Shown: positions 1-13,115, counted from the first letter of the stretch. The stretch: 64,000 nt of DNA from Octopus sinensis (GCF_006345805.1 NC_043004.1:47740001-47804000); one strand, 5' to 3'. Numbers and translations are program-made. Notes: generated by a model not told the origin, from the letters alone.

Positions 1-216
1 TAACGGAATAGAGTATGTGAAATCCGGGTTACATATATTTCATTGCGAGTGGATCTTCAGGAGTGGTAAAATCGATGTCAGGTGCATAACGCCGAATACT
101 CTTCAGGCTAAGGGTATATTGGGCGTTATACACCTCACTTATGTTTTAACACTTCTGAGGTTCCACTCGCAATGAAACATATGTAACCCGAATTTCCCAT
201 ACAACATTCCGTAACG
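1..216. repeat. Imperfect ~215-bp palindrome (fold-back/MITE-like), possibly cut by window start
   Basis: 1-53 (taacggaata...cattgcgagtgga) is approximately the reverse complement of 161-216 (ttccactcgcaatgaaacatatgtaacccg...ccgtaacg); ends at a (TA)n tract. Confidence 0.75.
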
Positions 217-222
217 TGTGTA

Positions 223-279
<57 letters not shown>

Positions 280-486
280 TTAATTGGAGGATATGTTAAC
301 CTCGAGAAGGGATGATTGCAGCCAAGGAAATATTAGTTTAATACCTGTATTGTTGGGGAATGAAGTTCCCATAAAACAATAGGTATATATTAAGCACACA
401 GTTTATATCCAACTCAAAGAAGAAACGCAAATGGTGAAATAGGGACTTAAGAATTATTTATTAATAACAAATTGGTCATCTTCGAT

Positions 487-580
487 TCTTACATCCGTTT
501 CAATTAATACTCAATAATTTAAATACAAATTTGTACATTAAATTTGCATTTATGTAAGATGAGCATAATTTCATCAGAGA
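487..580 (-). ncRNA. Minimal type I hammerhead ribozyme motif
   Basis: Minus strand: tct-CTGATGA-aattatgctca...tgagtattaatt-GAAAC-ggat-GTA-aga; stems I and II pair; ~210-nt tail then (TA)n at 217-276. Confidence 0.65.
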
Positions 581-1251
581 GAAAAAAGATGTACCTTGAG
601 ATGTTATATGTGAACCTATCAATTCATTTCAGCAGATTATACATTATGGTTAAGGATTTGGATTTGTATTAGTATATGCTCGGATGAAGGGTTTACAGAT
701 TGATCAGAATATGATTAGGGATAAAGTAAAGTAAATAAAACAAAAATAATATATCAAGTAAATATAGAGATAATTGGAGGAAAGATAAATATTAAGTATA
801 TTTATAGTTAATAAAAAGTATAAAATATTCATTTATAAAGTATAGATAAAATTATAAGCAACATAGCGTTTATAATTTATGTCTAAATGTACTTCCTTTC
901 TCTTGTATTTATGTGAATGTGTGCATACGCACACATACGTAAATTATCAAGGATATGGGTAGTATAGGTATATCTATATACGCATAAATGCACACATATG
1001 CGTAGGCATACATGAATACTTACGTATATATGATATAGATGATTGTATGTAAATAGATATATACGTATGTGTGTGTAACTGTAAATATGCATGTTCATAT
1101 ACAAGTGTGTGCAAGAGTGCGTGCAACAGTGTATCCATTTATAATCGCGTGCATATATTTTTGTGCGTGCGTGTGAGTGCTGCGATATATGTATGTATGA
1201 ATGTACTATTACTTATAATTGAAAGGCAGTTGAGTATATGTGTAACAATAC

Positions 1252-1317
<66 letters not shown>

Positions 1318-1684
1318 GTATGTATGCATGCATTTATGTATATACACACACACACATATATATACATAAGCAGATAGAGAGAGAAAGAGAGAAGGGAAGG
1401 TGGAAGGTGTTGACATTTTTCAGTTTTATATATTTTTCATATAGCCTTCCTAATCGAGTTTTCGTTTTAGCCGCATAAGTGTCTGTGAAAATTAACAGAT
1501 GTTATTGATAAAAATAAGGCAATAACTTATGGGATTTTAAAAACCCATTCGTCCATGAGGCAATGCTTGTAGCATAGTAAGATCGGAGACACATGCACAC
1601 GAACACATATGCTGTGCGTTGAAGAATTTCGCTTGGCAATTACTTGGTTGCGAGTTCATGCCCAGTGAACTTTGGAATCCCTCC

Positions 1685-1749
<65 letters not shown>

Positions 1750-3159
1750 TGCGTGTGTGTGTGTTAGTATGTGATTATCCTGAAATAAAAGAATAATATA
1801 TGCGCCATGGAATTAATTCAACTAGAAAAGCAAACTGCCACAAGACTTTGTTAGAGATGGAAGGTTTCTGTATTTCAAGAATGTTTAAAATTTTTTGGGT
1901 TCATATTCCTATACATTGGACAGCCTTCTCGATATTGCAGAAACCAGTCGTTAGTTTAGCTATACGTGTCTAAAACTTCAAAATGAAATTTGTCGCAAAT
2001 ACATATAAATATTGAATTCTTATTTTAAAACAAAGCCATAAATTTGCAAGAGAAAACTCCACTTCATTGAATGGTCTCTCATATGCTGGAACATAAAAGT
2101 CAAAATATTACCCAGTGGAATTAAATACAAGACGTTAAGAGTCGAAAACTAAATACGGTAAATTATTTACTTTAGTATTGTTCAGTGGCAGACATATTGA
2201 CTCCCTCTTCTGTCTTAAAATACGAAGTATGAGATATTTCATTAAAACATATGCTATTTTTTATTAGTTCTGAATCTCCTTTTGAAAATTTACTGGATGG
2301 TGTTTTTTTTTTGTTTTTTTGGTTTGTATTTTATTGATAATTAGTAAAAAAGTTATCGAAAAACCTAATTAAAGAGACAAGCCATTATGAAAATTATTAT
2401 TACAAAAGACTAATTAATCAATCGGAACTTTTTTCAACCACTATTCAATCCAGGATATTGATTATTGAACTGAAATCTAATAAAATATAGAGAGAGGAAA
2501 AAGAACATTTCAAACGAGAACTTTTTAGTTATTGACTCCAATCACAGTTTAAATTAGGAGACTGATATATATGTGCAAGTATTTGTGTGTGATTGTGCAT
2601 TTATCTGTGCGTATGTGTGTGTCCCTGTGTAGCAATACTTCACAATGATAGAAAACACTCAGCGAGCCTATTCTGACAGACAGGTTCAAATCCTTAAGCG
2701 ATATTTTCGCTTCATTTAGAATTCGCGAATGCGATTTCAGTCAACTTAAAAAAAATTTCCAAAGTGGCATAGTTAGTAACTAAAGGATTCTGTGTTTCTA
2801 TTTCAGTTACATTGAGGTGGCAAACATTGTAGAAAAATATTTACGCTTATAGAAATTTTGGATATTTATGCTCATGTTTTAGTTTAGATTTTAACTTCAG
2901 TTAAGCTCGGAATATACACATTTTTTCTTCGAACATATACATATGTGTGCAGATGTTTCTAAACCGTTTTGTCGTTGTAAAGAAGATTCGTATATATACC
3001 CGATGTTTACCTTCACTTATGTATGTATGTATGTATGTATGTATGTATGTATGTATGTATGTATGTATGTTTGTATGTGTGTGTGTATGTATGTATGTGT
3101 GTGTATGTATGTATGTATGTATGTATGTGTATGTATGTATGTATGTATGTATGTATGTG

Positions 3160-4340
3160 ACTGTTCAGTTTTATTTCAAGATTTCTTGCCAATAGAGAAA
3201 GAACCAGTTTCTAACCTAGATTCAAAGCTCCTTCATTGGAATTTCAACATCAACAACAGTGCATTTTTGTTTGTATGCATGTATACCTGCCGATTTGTGC
3301 GTTTTGTTTTATGTATGGAAACTTTTACGGATGTCTACAGTTCCAGTGATGAATTGGATCTGTTGTCTTTGAATTAGCTTTCTCCTTTCTGGTTGTGAGA
3401 AGCCTAATTTCTCAAGACTGGTATTTAGGCAGTGAGTTACATATCCCAGAAACCTAATAACCTAATAATTACAGGTATAAACCTCAACTTGCAATCTGGA
3501 TATAGTAATTGCAGATTTCTTAATAGTTCAGCATAGGTATTCCATTTTTCGTTGATCTTCAGCTTTGTTAACATCCACTGAACAGCTAATTTCCATAACT
3601 ATACACAGTTTCTCTTCCGTACCCCAAATCCTTATCTCAGGCTTGTTGTGCTAACATTTTATTGGGGTCCTCAGTGGTACATTCCACCAGTACTCCTTCT
3701 TATTATGAGTAGCTATAGCTTCTACTATACTGTGGGCTCTTGTTTATTTGTCCTTCTGGCGGATTTCATTACAGAGTGTTCTAGTTCCAACATTATGTTT
3801 CGTCGGTAGATAATACCGTGATGACATTTTCAGACAACTGCTTATGATGTGGATGATATCTTCGGTGTTACCTCCACAAAGTCTGCGTCGGTTATCACAT
3901 TTAATTGATTTTCCTACATATCTATCCCTTTTGTGCATCAGGTACTTGGTTGATATTTCCTGTTCTTGGATTGCAAATGCATACCCTTCAAAGTGGGAGG
4001 GAGTAATCCGGTTATTGGTACATTTTAGACTGCTTTGATGAGCAATGTTACTATCATCTCGGAGCTTTCTACTAACAAATCCACACATAGTCTTCTGCTC
4101 ATATAGGGTCATCCTTTCATCTGATGATTCGTTACGGTAGAGTCGTACGACTTCTATGGGCATGTATCCTAGGTTATCAGATTAAGAACGTTGCTCAAGG
4201 AGCTGCCTTCGAAGTCTTATGATGTTATCAGCCTCATGTATGCAAACTTGGTTAAGGGATAGGCTTCGACATTTGGTGGTTAAAAGATGTTGCCAAATTG
4301 ATATGATACGACATTCAAAAGCATTTTAGATCGACACTAA
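3160..4340 (-). mobile_element. R4/Dong-like RLE non-LTR retrotransposon, 3' fragment, decayed
   Basis: ORF 3744-4163 has FEGYAFAIQEQEISTKY and RLCGGNTEDIIHIISSC (CCHC-type motif), followed by endonuclease-like remnants; 3' end abuts (CATA)n at 3018-3158. Confidence 0.75.
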
Positions 4341-4682
4341 TTTTACTATTATGGAACATCAATATAAATTATATTCTCTTAACTGTTCAGTAGATGTTGT
4401 CTCATTGATACGATGCAGTACTCAAATGCCATATGAACTGATCTTATGTCTCAGTCTCCATACCTCCGTTTAAAACAGATTCTGGAAGTGGCACTGTTGC
4501 TAGGGATTATTACAACGATAAATTGCTATAACGTTCTCAATGATCCACTGAATTTCTAAGACACTTTACCAGCGTTATAATTTCGCCTTTCCTGACATTC
4601 TGAAAACCATGGGCAACATAATCTTGCGATACTTTTTCCTGTTGGTTTCCGTAGTATAATACCGATAACTGTACACTAGATA

Positions 4683-4747
<65 letters not shown>

Positions 4748-4814
4748 TATATGTGTGTGTGTGTGTTGTGTGTGTGTGTGGTGTGTGTGTGTATCATTTA
4801 CTCATTTACTCATT

Positions 4815-5070
4815 TATTTGTTTCAGTCATTTGACTGTGGCCATGCTGGAGCACCGCCTTTTAGTCGACGAAATCGAACCCAGGACTTATTCTTTGTAAG
4901 CCTAGTACTTATTCTATCGGTCTCTTTTGCCGAGCTGCTAAGCTAAGTTACGGGGACGTAAACACACCAGCATCGGTTGTCAAGCGATGGGGGGCGGGCA
5001 AACACAACACATAAACATACACGTATATATATATACATATATACGACGGGCTTCTTTCAGTTTCCATCTG
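4815..5070 (-). mobile_element. tRNA-derived SINE family A, 3' half
   Basis: Matches reverse complement of 32690-32970 (gtttcagtcatttgactgtggccatgctggagcaccgcc...ttttgccga). Confidence 0.85.
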
Positions 5071-5071
5071 C

Positions 5072-5108
<37 letters not shown>

Positions 5109-5253
5109 TAAGTAGTTGAATGAATTATCCTAGTATGGATAATTCGGTTAACCGATACCCGGGTAGAAAATTTACGTCAGAAAGCACGGTTGAAGCTACA
5201 TGCCAAGGGCAGAAATCACGTGCTTTCGTGTGGAAATTTGTGTGTTTTTTTAC

Positions 5254-5361
5254 TATAGATAAATGAAAGAATGGAGTCGAACGACGATTTAACAAAATTC
5301 CTTTATTCTCGAGAATAAAGGAATTTTGTTAAATCGTCGGTCGACTCCATTCTTTCATTTA

Positions 5362-5367
<6 letters not shown>
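5254..5367. repeat. Near-perfect 114-bp palindrome at a (TA)n edge
   Basis: Centred on ttctc|gagaa (5310/5311), one mismatch; arm resembles the HHR tail at ~50245-50285 (aagaaatggagtcaaacg). Confidence 0.9.
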
Positions 5368-5409
<42 letters not shown>

Positions 5410-5429
5410 TTTGTGTGTGTGTGTTATTT

Positions 5430-5962
5430 CGTGAGGCGACAGTTCAGCACTTGACAATTCAGCGCTAAATAATTCAGCGCATAGACAATTCAGCTCATGC
5501 CATCTTATTGAAATTCGGTAAAGCTTAATTTGGGGATGAATAAAAAATAAAACAGGAAAAATTTCAATTATATGTAAGGATAAAAAATACAAAACAGATA
5601 TAAAATGCTAAATTATAGCCTTTGAAGCAGTAGTTAGCTAGTTAAATTTTTATAAGAGATTCAAAAAGTGTAGTTATCTTTTCGTATAGGCCTGTGTATC
5701 ATGTATATTTATTTAAATATTTTATATATTTTTTCTGGTGTTTGTTTCATGTATATGCATGCATTTTATTTATGTATAGTTAATATATCCTACGGCTTCT
5801 GTGAAGGCTGCATGTGCATGTGTTTTAGATATACAACCAACACCAATATAATGTAAAAATAAATTACATATCCTAAATGCGCTGAATGGTCTATGCGCTG
5901 AATTGTCTATGCACTGAATTCTCTTGCGCTGAATTTTCGGCGCTAAATGCCGGCGCTGACGC
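5430..5962. mobile_element. Non-autonomous DNA transposon/MITE with inverted arrays of ~15-bp subterminal repeats
   Basis: Left repeats gacaattcagcgc (5436-5497); right repeats gcgctgaattgtc (5879-5950) in inverted orientation. Confidence 0.6.
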
Positions 5963-6122
5963 GTCTGCTTGTGTATACGTAAGTGTGTTTTCTAAATACC
6001 TCGATATATCAAAATTCGTTATAATTCTCCGATGTTTGAGTCAGTACTACAGTGTCAAATACTTTACATTCAAGCTAATAAACGTCCTTCTAATATATGT
6101 ACACATATATATATATATATAT

Positions 6123-6300
6123 TCTTTTACTTGTTTCAGTCATTTGACTGTGGCCATGCTGAGGCACCGCCATCAGTCGAACAAATTGACATCAGGACTT
6201 ATTCTTTGAAAGCCTATTACGTTTTGTATCGTTCCCTTTTTGCCGAACCGCCAAGTTACTGAGACGTAAACATACTAACATCGGTTGTCAGACAGACAGA
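6123..6300 (-). mobile_element. SINE family A, 3' fragment
   Basis: tcttttacttgtttcagtcatttgactgtggccatgctg...ttttgccgaaccg matches other copies. Confidence 0.8.
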
Positions 6301-6305
6301 CAAAG

Positions 6306-6365
<60 letters not shown>

Positions 6366-7581
6366 TTGCTGTGCGACAAGTCATTGTCTTGTAGACTACA
6401 ACTTTGGCTTGGTTCGAGAGATTACTTGCGTTTCGGCACTCAGTAATTTCCCTTCTGCTTCATATCGACGTAAAGACAATATTTTTCATTGATTGAAAGG
6501 CTTCCAATCCAGACCACCAAGTGTCCCTAAAAATCAACAAAAATCCCCGTTTTCACAGCAAAGCAACCACTGTAGCGCCCCGAGACGTCTCCCAATCAAT
6601 TTCTCACCTCAGGTTACCCCCTCTTGTAAATCCTAATCCCCTTCCAGCCCCATTTGTATCAATTTGTATCAACGTTCGCCTTCTTCATTTTATAGATTAG
6701 ATTAAAGATAACCGCCTCTAGCCCCTGAAGCAACACGAAGACCCGGCATTATTCAAACAGCGCAACCTGTCTATCCCATAAAACTCAATGTTTCCCATAT
6801 TCCTCACCATGGCAACCATACAGTAGCCCCGAGGCTCTTGCAGCCCTCCTCACATACACACCATTGCCCACCCCATTTTACCTCCAGTGTAAATTTTGGC
6901 GCCAATCTGATCCCGTTTAAACCGTTCCCATCCTAAAATGAGACAAATTACCAAGAAATCAAACAACTTTTTCGTATTTCTGCTTTATAGATATTGATTA
7001 AATTTCTACTTATCTTTCTCTGGAAGGAGTACTTTCAAGGTTGCTTCCAACTACATTGGACTATATAATATACATACATATATATTTATTATATAATATA
7101 TATATATATATATTATATATATAATATATATATATAATATATATATATATATATAATATATAGTAAAATAAAATAAGAAAGTGAAACATTGCATTCAGTG
7201 TATAAACATATAGTCTTGCAATGTCAAGTGACTATCAATGTTTATACTTTCTATATAAATAAAATGTTTACTTTTTTCGAGATATTACAAATATTTTGCT
7301 TTTTTATATTATTCTATATCTACCCATTCAAGGAGAAACCACTTCTAACTGCCTTCGATAGTCACTCTCAATAACACACTTTACAGATGCTGTTGAAACT
7401 GGATATTTAGTAGTAAACCGAACTAAACACTTATAGTACACCCGTTACATTGCGTCAGTTGAAGGAAACTCCTCGTATATTCTCTCGCTTTCTCTGTCTC
7501 TCACTCATATATGTATATGTGTGTATATATAATATGTATATATATATATGCATTTTATATATATATGTATATATATATTAT

Positions 7582-7629
<48 letters not shown>

Positions 7630-7758
7630 TAATATATATATTAAATTAAGGATAAAATCTTTATAAGAAATTATCAGTAGTTAGCGTGAAAAACCCGTAA
7701 GAGAAAAAATCTGTAAATTTTTTCCACTTTGAAAATATGTATTTATATTATATGAGGA

Positions 7759-8072
7759 TACTATTATTCATAGGTACCGCACGCCAGGAGGGACCTTTGC
7801 AGTCAAAACTACTAAAATAAACCAAATTTTACGAATGCAACACTTCAAAGCAAGTCATTTAAAAACAGAATTTAGTTACATATCACCTGTGATTTCGCAA
7901 TCAATGCAGAATATGCATATTCTGCATTGATTGCGAAATCACAGGTGATATGTAACTAAATTCTGTTTTTAAATGACTTGCTTTGAAGTGTTGCATTCGG
8001 TAAAATTTTTTTATTTTAGTAGTTTTGACTGCAAAGGTCCCTCCTAGCGTGCAGTACCTATGAATAATAGTA
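7759..8072. repeat. Near-perfect ~314-bp palindrome between (TA)-rich tracts
   Basis: Centred on atatg|catat (7915/7916); arms near-identical; each carries GAAAT-CAC-AG-GTG-ATA, resembling an HHR 3' half. Confidence 0.9.
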
Positions 8073-8229
8073 CCATCTATATAATATATATATTATATAT
8101 ATATATATATATATCTATATATACCTATTATATGATATATATGTATTTAGATATATATATATAATATATGTATTTATATATATGCGCATTTATATATATA
8201 TATACATATGTATGTATTATATATGTATG

Positions 8230-9495
8230 TATATCGGTGAAAAGTTGGTATGTGAAAGGACGTGGTTGGATGTATATAAAGAAAAATAAAGTGAAAAACC
8301 TACAGAAGACATGTGTTGTATGGTTAAGAATATATTTAAATCGTTATGTTAAAAAAAATGTTATAAAACTTTATGTATAGTAACATTGTTTTTGGAGAAA
8401 TGACCGGTTCCGTATTTTCTTTTCAAATTTCTCAAATTTCTTTAGCGATATTGTGTCATCTCTTCGCTAGAATGTGAAATATGAGAGTTCCAGACAGGGG
8501 AAGGTAATCGAGGATTTTTTTCGCTATAAGGGAGATAATCAAAAATGTTGGAAATGACTAGGTTTTATTAATTTAACATGATTTGGTTTAGAAAGAATAG
8601 GATTTTAAAAGTGGTTAGGTTTTGCTTTATATTTTTTCCCAGCGAGGTAAGTTTCCTTATTTGAAAATACTAGAAATGGTCAAGTTTTGGCTTATATTTT
8701 TCAATGAAGAAGGTTTCCTTATTTAGTCCAACTTGTGTTGGTGTTCCAATGACACATTGATAACATGGAAAAATTACAAATTGTGGTAGCAGTTGCTTTG
8801 CAAATTTCTTAATGTGTTCACTTAAGGGTATCATTCTGGGAATGCCATCTCCTGTCGGTGCAGAGTGCATCTGCGTCCGAGCGATAATCCTGTGGATCGT
8901 ATGTAGTTTTGGTGGCAGCACGAGCATCTTATAACATAAATCAGGTTTTCCTAGGAACAAGTAAAGTCAGATTTGATTTTGAATTTTTGTCCCTCTTTGT
9001 TAAGGAATATTGATCTTTCTACAAGGCTTGTGCATGTTGCGCAATTTGGACGATAACATTTATTCAATTTTGCGTCCGTTATTTTAGAAAATAATTTTGC
9101 GTTTGTGAGTATCTTTTCTATTGATTTCGGTTGTTTGTGGCTTTTAATGATTTTATGTGTGTGTAAAATTTCCTTTAATTTGGGGTCCTTATGTACCATT
9201 GGTAAATTTTGGGTGAAGATGATGAAGGTATCTTTGTTTCTGGGGTTGTATGTGGATATGTACGGCAGTATTTTCGAGGAAGATGTGTTGCTGTGTTGAA
9301 CTTTTCTTAAGGCTTCTATGTCGATTTGTGTTGCATATCTGATTCCATCCTCTACGAGTTGAACTGAATAGTGTCTGTCAATCAGGGTGTTTTTGGGTTC
9401 TTGCAGTCTAAATTCTCTGATATTTCTCTGACACTATTGTGCATATCCTTCTTGCAATGTAAAACGTGATGTTTGTTTTGGTGTGTCTTGGGTGA
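8230..9495 (-). mobile_element. Penelope-like element 3' fragment (RT thumb, Cys linker, GIY-YIG), decayed
   Basis: HPRHTKTNITFYIARRICTIVS; KCYRPNCATC; reading past the stop at 8951 gives ENLIYVIRCSCCHQNYIRSTG (GIY-YIG); bounded by TA-rich tracts. Confidence 0.85.
8395..8433 (-). ncRNA. HHR-like motif with U3:A8 core in the PLE 3' UTR
   Basis: gagaaat-TTGAAAA-gaaaatac-GGAAC-CG-GTC-atttctc; perfect 7-bp stem I, palindromic ACCGGT helix III, A13G substitution. Confidence 0.55.
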
Positions 9496-9517
9496 TATAT
9501 ATTATATATATATATAT

Positions 9518-9573
<56 letters not shown>

Positions 9574-9649
9574 AGAGAGAGAGAAGAGAGAGAGAGAGAG
9601 AGAAGATAGATAGATAGATAGATATACATAAAATATGTATGTATCAGAA

Positions 9650-10035
9650 GTTTGCTTCCCAACTCATGGTTCTGTGTTCAGTTCTACTGCGAGGCACCTT
9701 GGGCAATTGTCATCTGCTATAGTCTCGAGCCGACCAAAGCCTTATGAGTGGTTTGGTAGACGGGAACGGAAAGAAACATGATGTATGTATGTGTGTGCGT
9801 GTGTGTGTATGTGTGTGAGCGGGTAGTTATGTATTTCTGTGTCCGCGTGTGTTTTGTTTGTCTCTCACCAACATTTATCCTGCTGGTGTGTTTACACCCC
9901 CAACTTTGCAGTTCGGCAAATATTACGATAGAATAAGTACCAGTTTTAAAAAATAAAATGTTGATTTATTCGATTAGAACTCATTACTCGGTGCCCCAGC
10001 ATGGCTGCAGCTTACTGAGTGAAACAAGTAAAAAG
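9650..10035 (+). mobile_element. SINE family A, diverged
   Basis: gttcagttctactgcgaggcaccttgggcaa...ccagcatggctgcag...gaaacaagtaaaa. Confidence 0.8.
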
Positions 10036-10049
10036 AGAAACGAAAATTG

Positions 10050-10082
<33 letters not shown>

Positions 10083-10087
<5 letters not shown>

Positions 10088-10933
10088 GTTATATATATAA
10101 CCTAAATTAAGGTTATATTGCCTAAATTAAGAAAAAATTAAAATGACATTGACATCTCATTTTAACAGATATCTTTTCCAAAATTACATAAAAATATCTT
10201 GAACTACTAAAAAGTAAATTCAGACGATTTCGGAATTACCTGCAACTCGTCTGGATGGTCTCCTCGTTTCAGATGGTGGATGTTGCCATAATACTTTCCT
10301 TCGGTTTATCTTTGGTGTAACAAGGGGTTTGTTGGTCTCTCGCTCAACTGCACCCCGCACACAATATTCATGGAGGTTGCCGTCTAGGGAGTTAAATGGC
10401 CAGATGTTAAGGTTGATGTGGCCGCAGAAATTGTCTGACTGTCCTGACTGGGTCCTCCTGCTTGTGCAGAGCCCCATTGCCAGACATAGGAATTTCCAGC
10501 AGCCACCCTCTTCACCCTCCAAGGCAACACTATCTTCCCCAGGCACTTGATGTAGGCCTCCATGCTGAGTCAGGGGCCGTGTGAGAAGATGGATGGTGGC
10601 GTAACACCGTCATCACTAGTGATCACTCCATGATGTTGATTGGATGTATGATTTTTTATCACTCTCGGTACATGTCCGCAGATTGCACTGTCCTCAGATT
10701 GACATCAAAACACTTTGAAATGTTCGTATTGCAGTTCAGGGCGCTAATGCCAAGCAATACAGCATGTCGTTTCCAAATTTCTCGCAGAGTGAGTTGCATT
10801 ATATTGGTGTTTTTCTCACAGACGGTGCCCAACTGAACCTACTAGACTGTGTAGTCGGCAAAATCAAAAGTAAACAATGCGCATGTGTGAAATTAAAAAT
10901 ATAGATCGGCGACAATTTACCCATCACACCCTG

Positions 10934-10935
<2 letters not shown>
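10083..10935 (-). mobile_element. Internally deleted Tc1/mariner-superfamily (maT/DD37D-like) DNA transposon
   Basis: TACAGG...CCTGTA termini in TA context; minus ORF has IWPFNSLDGNLHEYCVRGAVERETN, a decayed WPPxSPDxNPLDYxVW motif. Confidence 0.65.
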
Positions 10936-10997
<62 letters not shown>

Positions 10998-11017
10998 TAT
11001 ATATATATATATATATC

Positions 11018-11052
<35 letters not shown>

Positions 11053-11058
11053 TATATA

Positions 11059-11117
<59 letters not shown>

Positions 11118-11143
11118 AGGCGCAGTAGTGGCTGTGTGGTAAG

Positions 11144-13115
11144 CTAACCTTCGACGTGTATTTTGGCTGCTGCCGGATGTCACGTCTTTCGGCGTGAATT
11201 ATTGAATTTTGAGACTCGACTACAGGTAGGCGTTTCTAGTATTTGGGGGGGGGGACATAGTGAAGTTTATTGCTCTGTATTAATTATTTTTGGGAGAGTA
11301 ATAGATTCCACTTTGCTCCAGACATTTTCCTGCCTGTGGTCGAGCGTAAAGACTCACTTTGCAATGAGAATTGTGGTTTTTGAGGAGGCGTAGCCCCTCC
11401 TCAAAAATTAATTGGCCTTTGTGTTGGATTTATCAAGAAGCACCAAGGATAACCAAGGACTGTTTTTGCAAGGTATTTTAGCAATTGGACGTTTGGCCAG
11501 GAGTACCTTTTCGGCCAAAAAATTAATTCCTTTGCTGAATTTGAACTCTTTTGAACTGTTATTTATTATTGTAATTCTTCTCTTCTGTTGTGTTTTCCCT
11601 TCTCCCTCTTTCTATCTTATTTATTTTCTTACACTTTTGAACTTTAATTGGATTCCGTTTCGAAATGGCAAAGGAATTTATTGTGTGGGACCTAACACCT
11701 CCCAAAAAATATTTAAAAGAGCTGGAAAGGAAGACCGTGGTGTTGAGAACATACTCGAAGTCGCTCGACACCATAGCCGTCTTCCCAAAGGCCACCATTT
11801 TGAACGAGCTGGCGGACTACATGCCAGCCGTTAAATTCATCTCACGGGGAGTCAAATATGCAACGGTCTGGTTGCTATTTGACTCCCCAAAAGAAGCTTG
11901 CGACTTTGCAAGCCAGCCCCTTGAGGGCAAAGAAATATTGTTTCTCCCAAACTATATGGGAGAAAAACTATTGAGGGCTTGGATCAGTGGATTACCACCG
12001 GAGTTGAGCCCGAGCGGATAGAGGACTCTATTCGCCGGGGTCTGGGTGGTAGCAGTGCCAAGCTGCTAAATGTAAAAATGTTGCCTGCGGCTGATTGGGA
12101 GGGGTCGAAAGCTGTTTTGACCCTATGGACCTAATCAGCCGAAAGTCTGGTTTTTCCAGATTTCTTGAGGATGGCCGGGTCCAGGTATCCGGTGATGCTT
12201 GAGGGACGCCCCCCCGCCAAGTGTCACCTGTGCCTGGAGACCAGCCACATTAAGAAGAACTGCCCCAGGGACCAAAGTAGGATCCTGGAGCAGTTAATGT
12301 TGGAATCTCTCCCTGCTCCCCCAAAGGAGGGAGAGAAACAGAACGAGGAAATTGCTACATCCTCAAAAAAGAAAAGAAAGATGGGCAACAATGGTGACCC
12401 ACCGAAAGACCCGGGGGCTGCGGAAGAAAAAGAGGACCCGTTGTGTACAACACAGGAACCTCACCCTCCCGCGGCCCGGGGAAAAAAAGAAAACAAAGAA
12501 GAAAGAGAAACGGGACGCCGCCGCCGGATTGTAACACGCAGACGGCGTCTCCCAAGCCTCCTCAGGCGGGTGTGCTGCCGGAGGATCAATATGTGGTCCT
12601 CTTTCACAAAGGAGGAATGCTTGAAAACGAGATAGGTAAAATGGAAGGGAGAGGCCAATGGGAGGGACTTCGGTCCTGCACGGAGGACCCTGAGTGGCCT
12701 TTGCAGGTGGCTGCGGAGGTCCTATGGAATAGCGATCTGTGCAGGATCGTGAATTCCTTCCCGGAGGACTCCTTTCAGTTTGTACCTGCATGGCGCGGCC
12801 CGACAAAGAATGATTGCCTCGATAAAGCAAGAGCGCTGGTCGGCCGGGTGACTTGAACTTTTTGAATATTTTAAAAAGAAAAATTGTATCATATTGAGAA
12901 AGAGGTTCATTGCTCTAACGTGACTTTGTGAAATTTTGTGACTTTTTGATTTTTTTAAAAAAGAACATTGTCTTAGAGAAGCGGAAGTCGGCGGGCGCTT
13001 TCGTCTTCTCCCATCACCACCTTCGTTCCATCACCATCATTCATACCATCAATGTCTACGTCCAGCCCGCAAAGCTACATCTATGTACTGCCTTCATGGC
13101 AAATTTAATTAATAA
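11144..13115 (+). mobile_element. ORF1-only Tx1/L1-like element inserted in a SINE
   Basis: Splits SINE A: head at 11118-11143, remainder resumes at 13119. Ends in AATAAA; possible AAG TSD; no RT or endonuclease remnants seen. Confidence 0.7.
11665..12856 (+). pseudogene. Tx1-type ORF1 (RRM-like region plus CCHC zinc knuckle), two frameshifts and one stop
   Basis: ORFs 11665-12021, 12165-12635 and 12443-12856 join into ~390 aa; knuckle EGRPPAKCHLCLETSHIKKNCP. Confidence 0.75.

Noticed and set aside
6418-6452. CTGAG-tgcc-GAAAC-gcaa-GTA on the minus strand
   Set aside because: No stem II and an incomplete core; could be chance.
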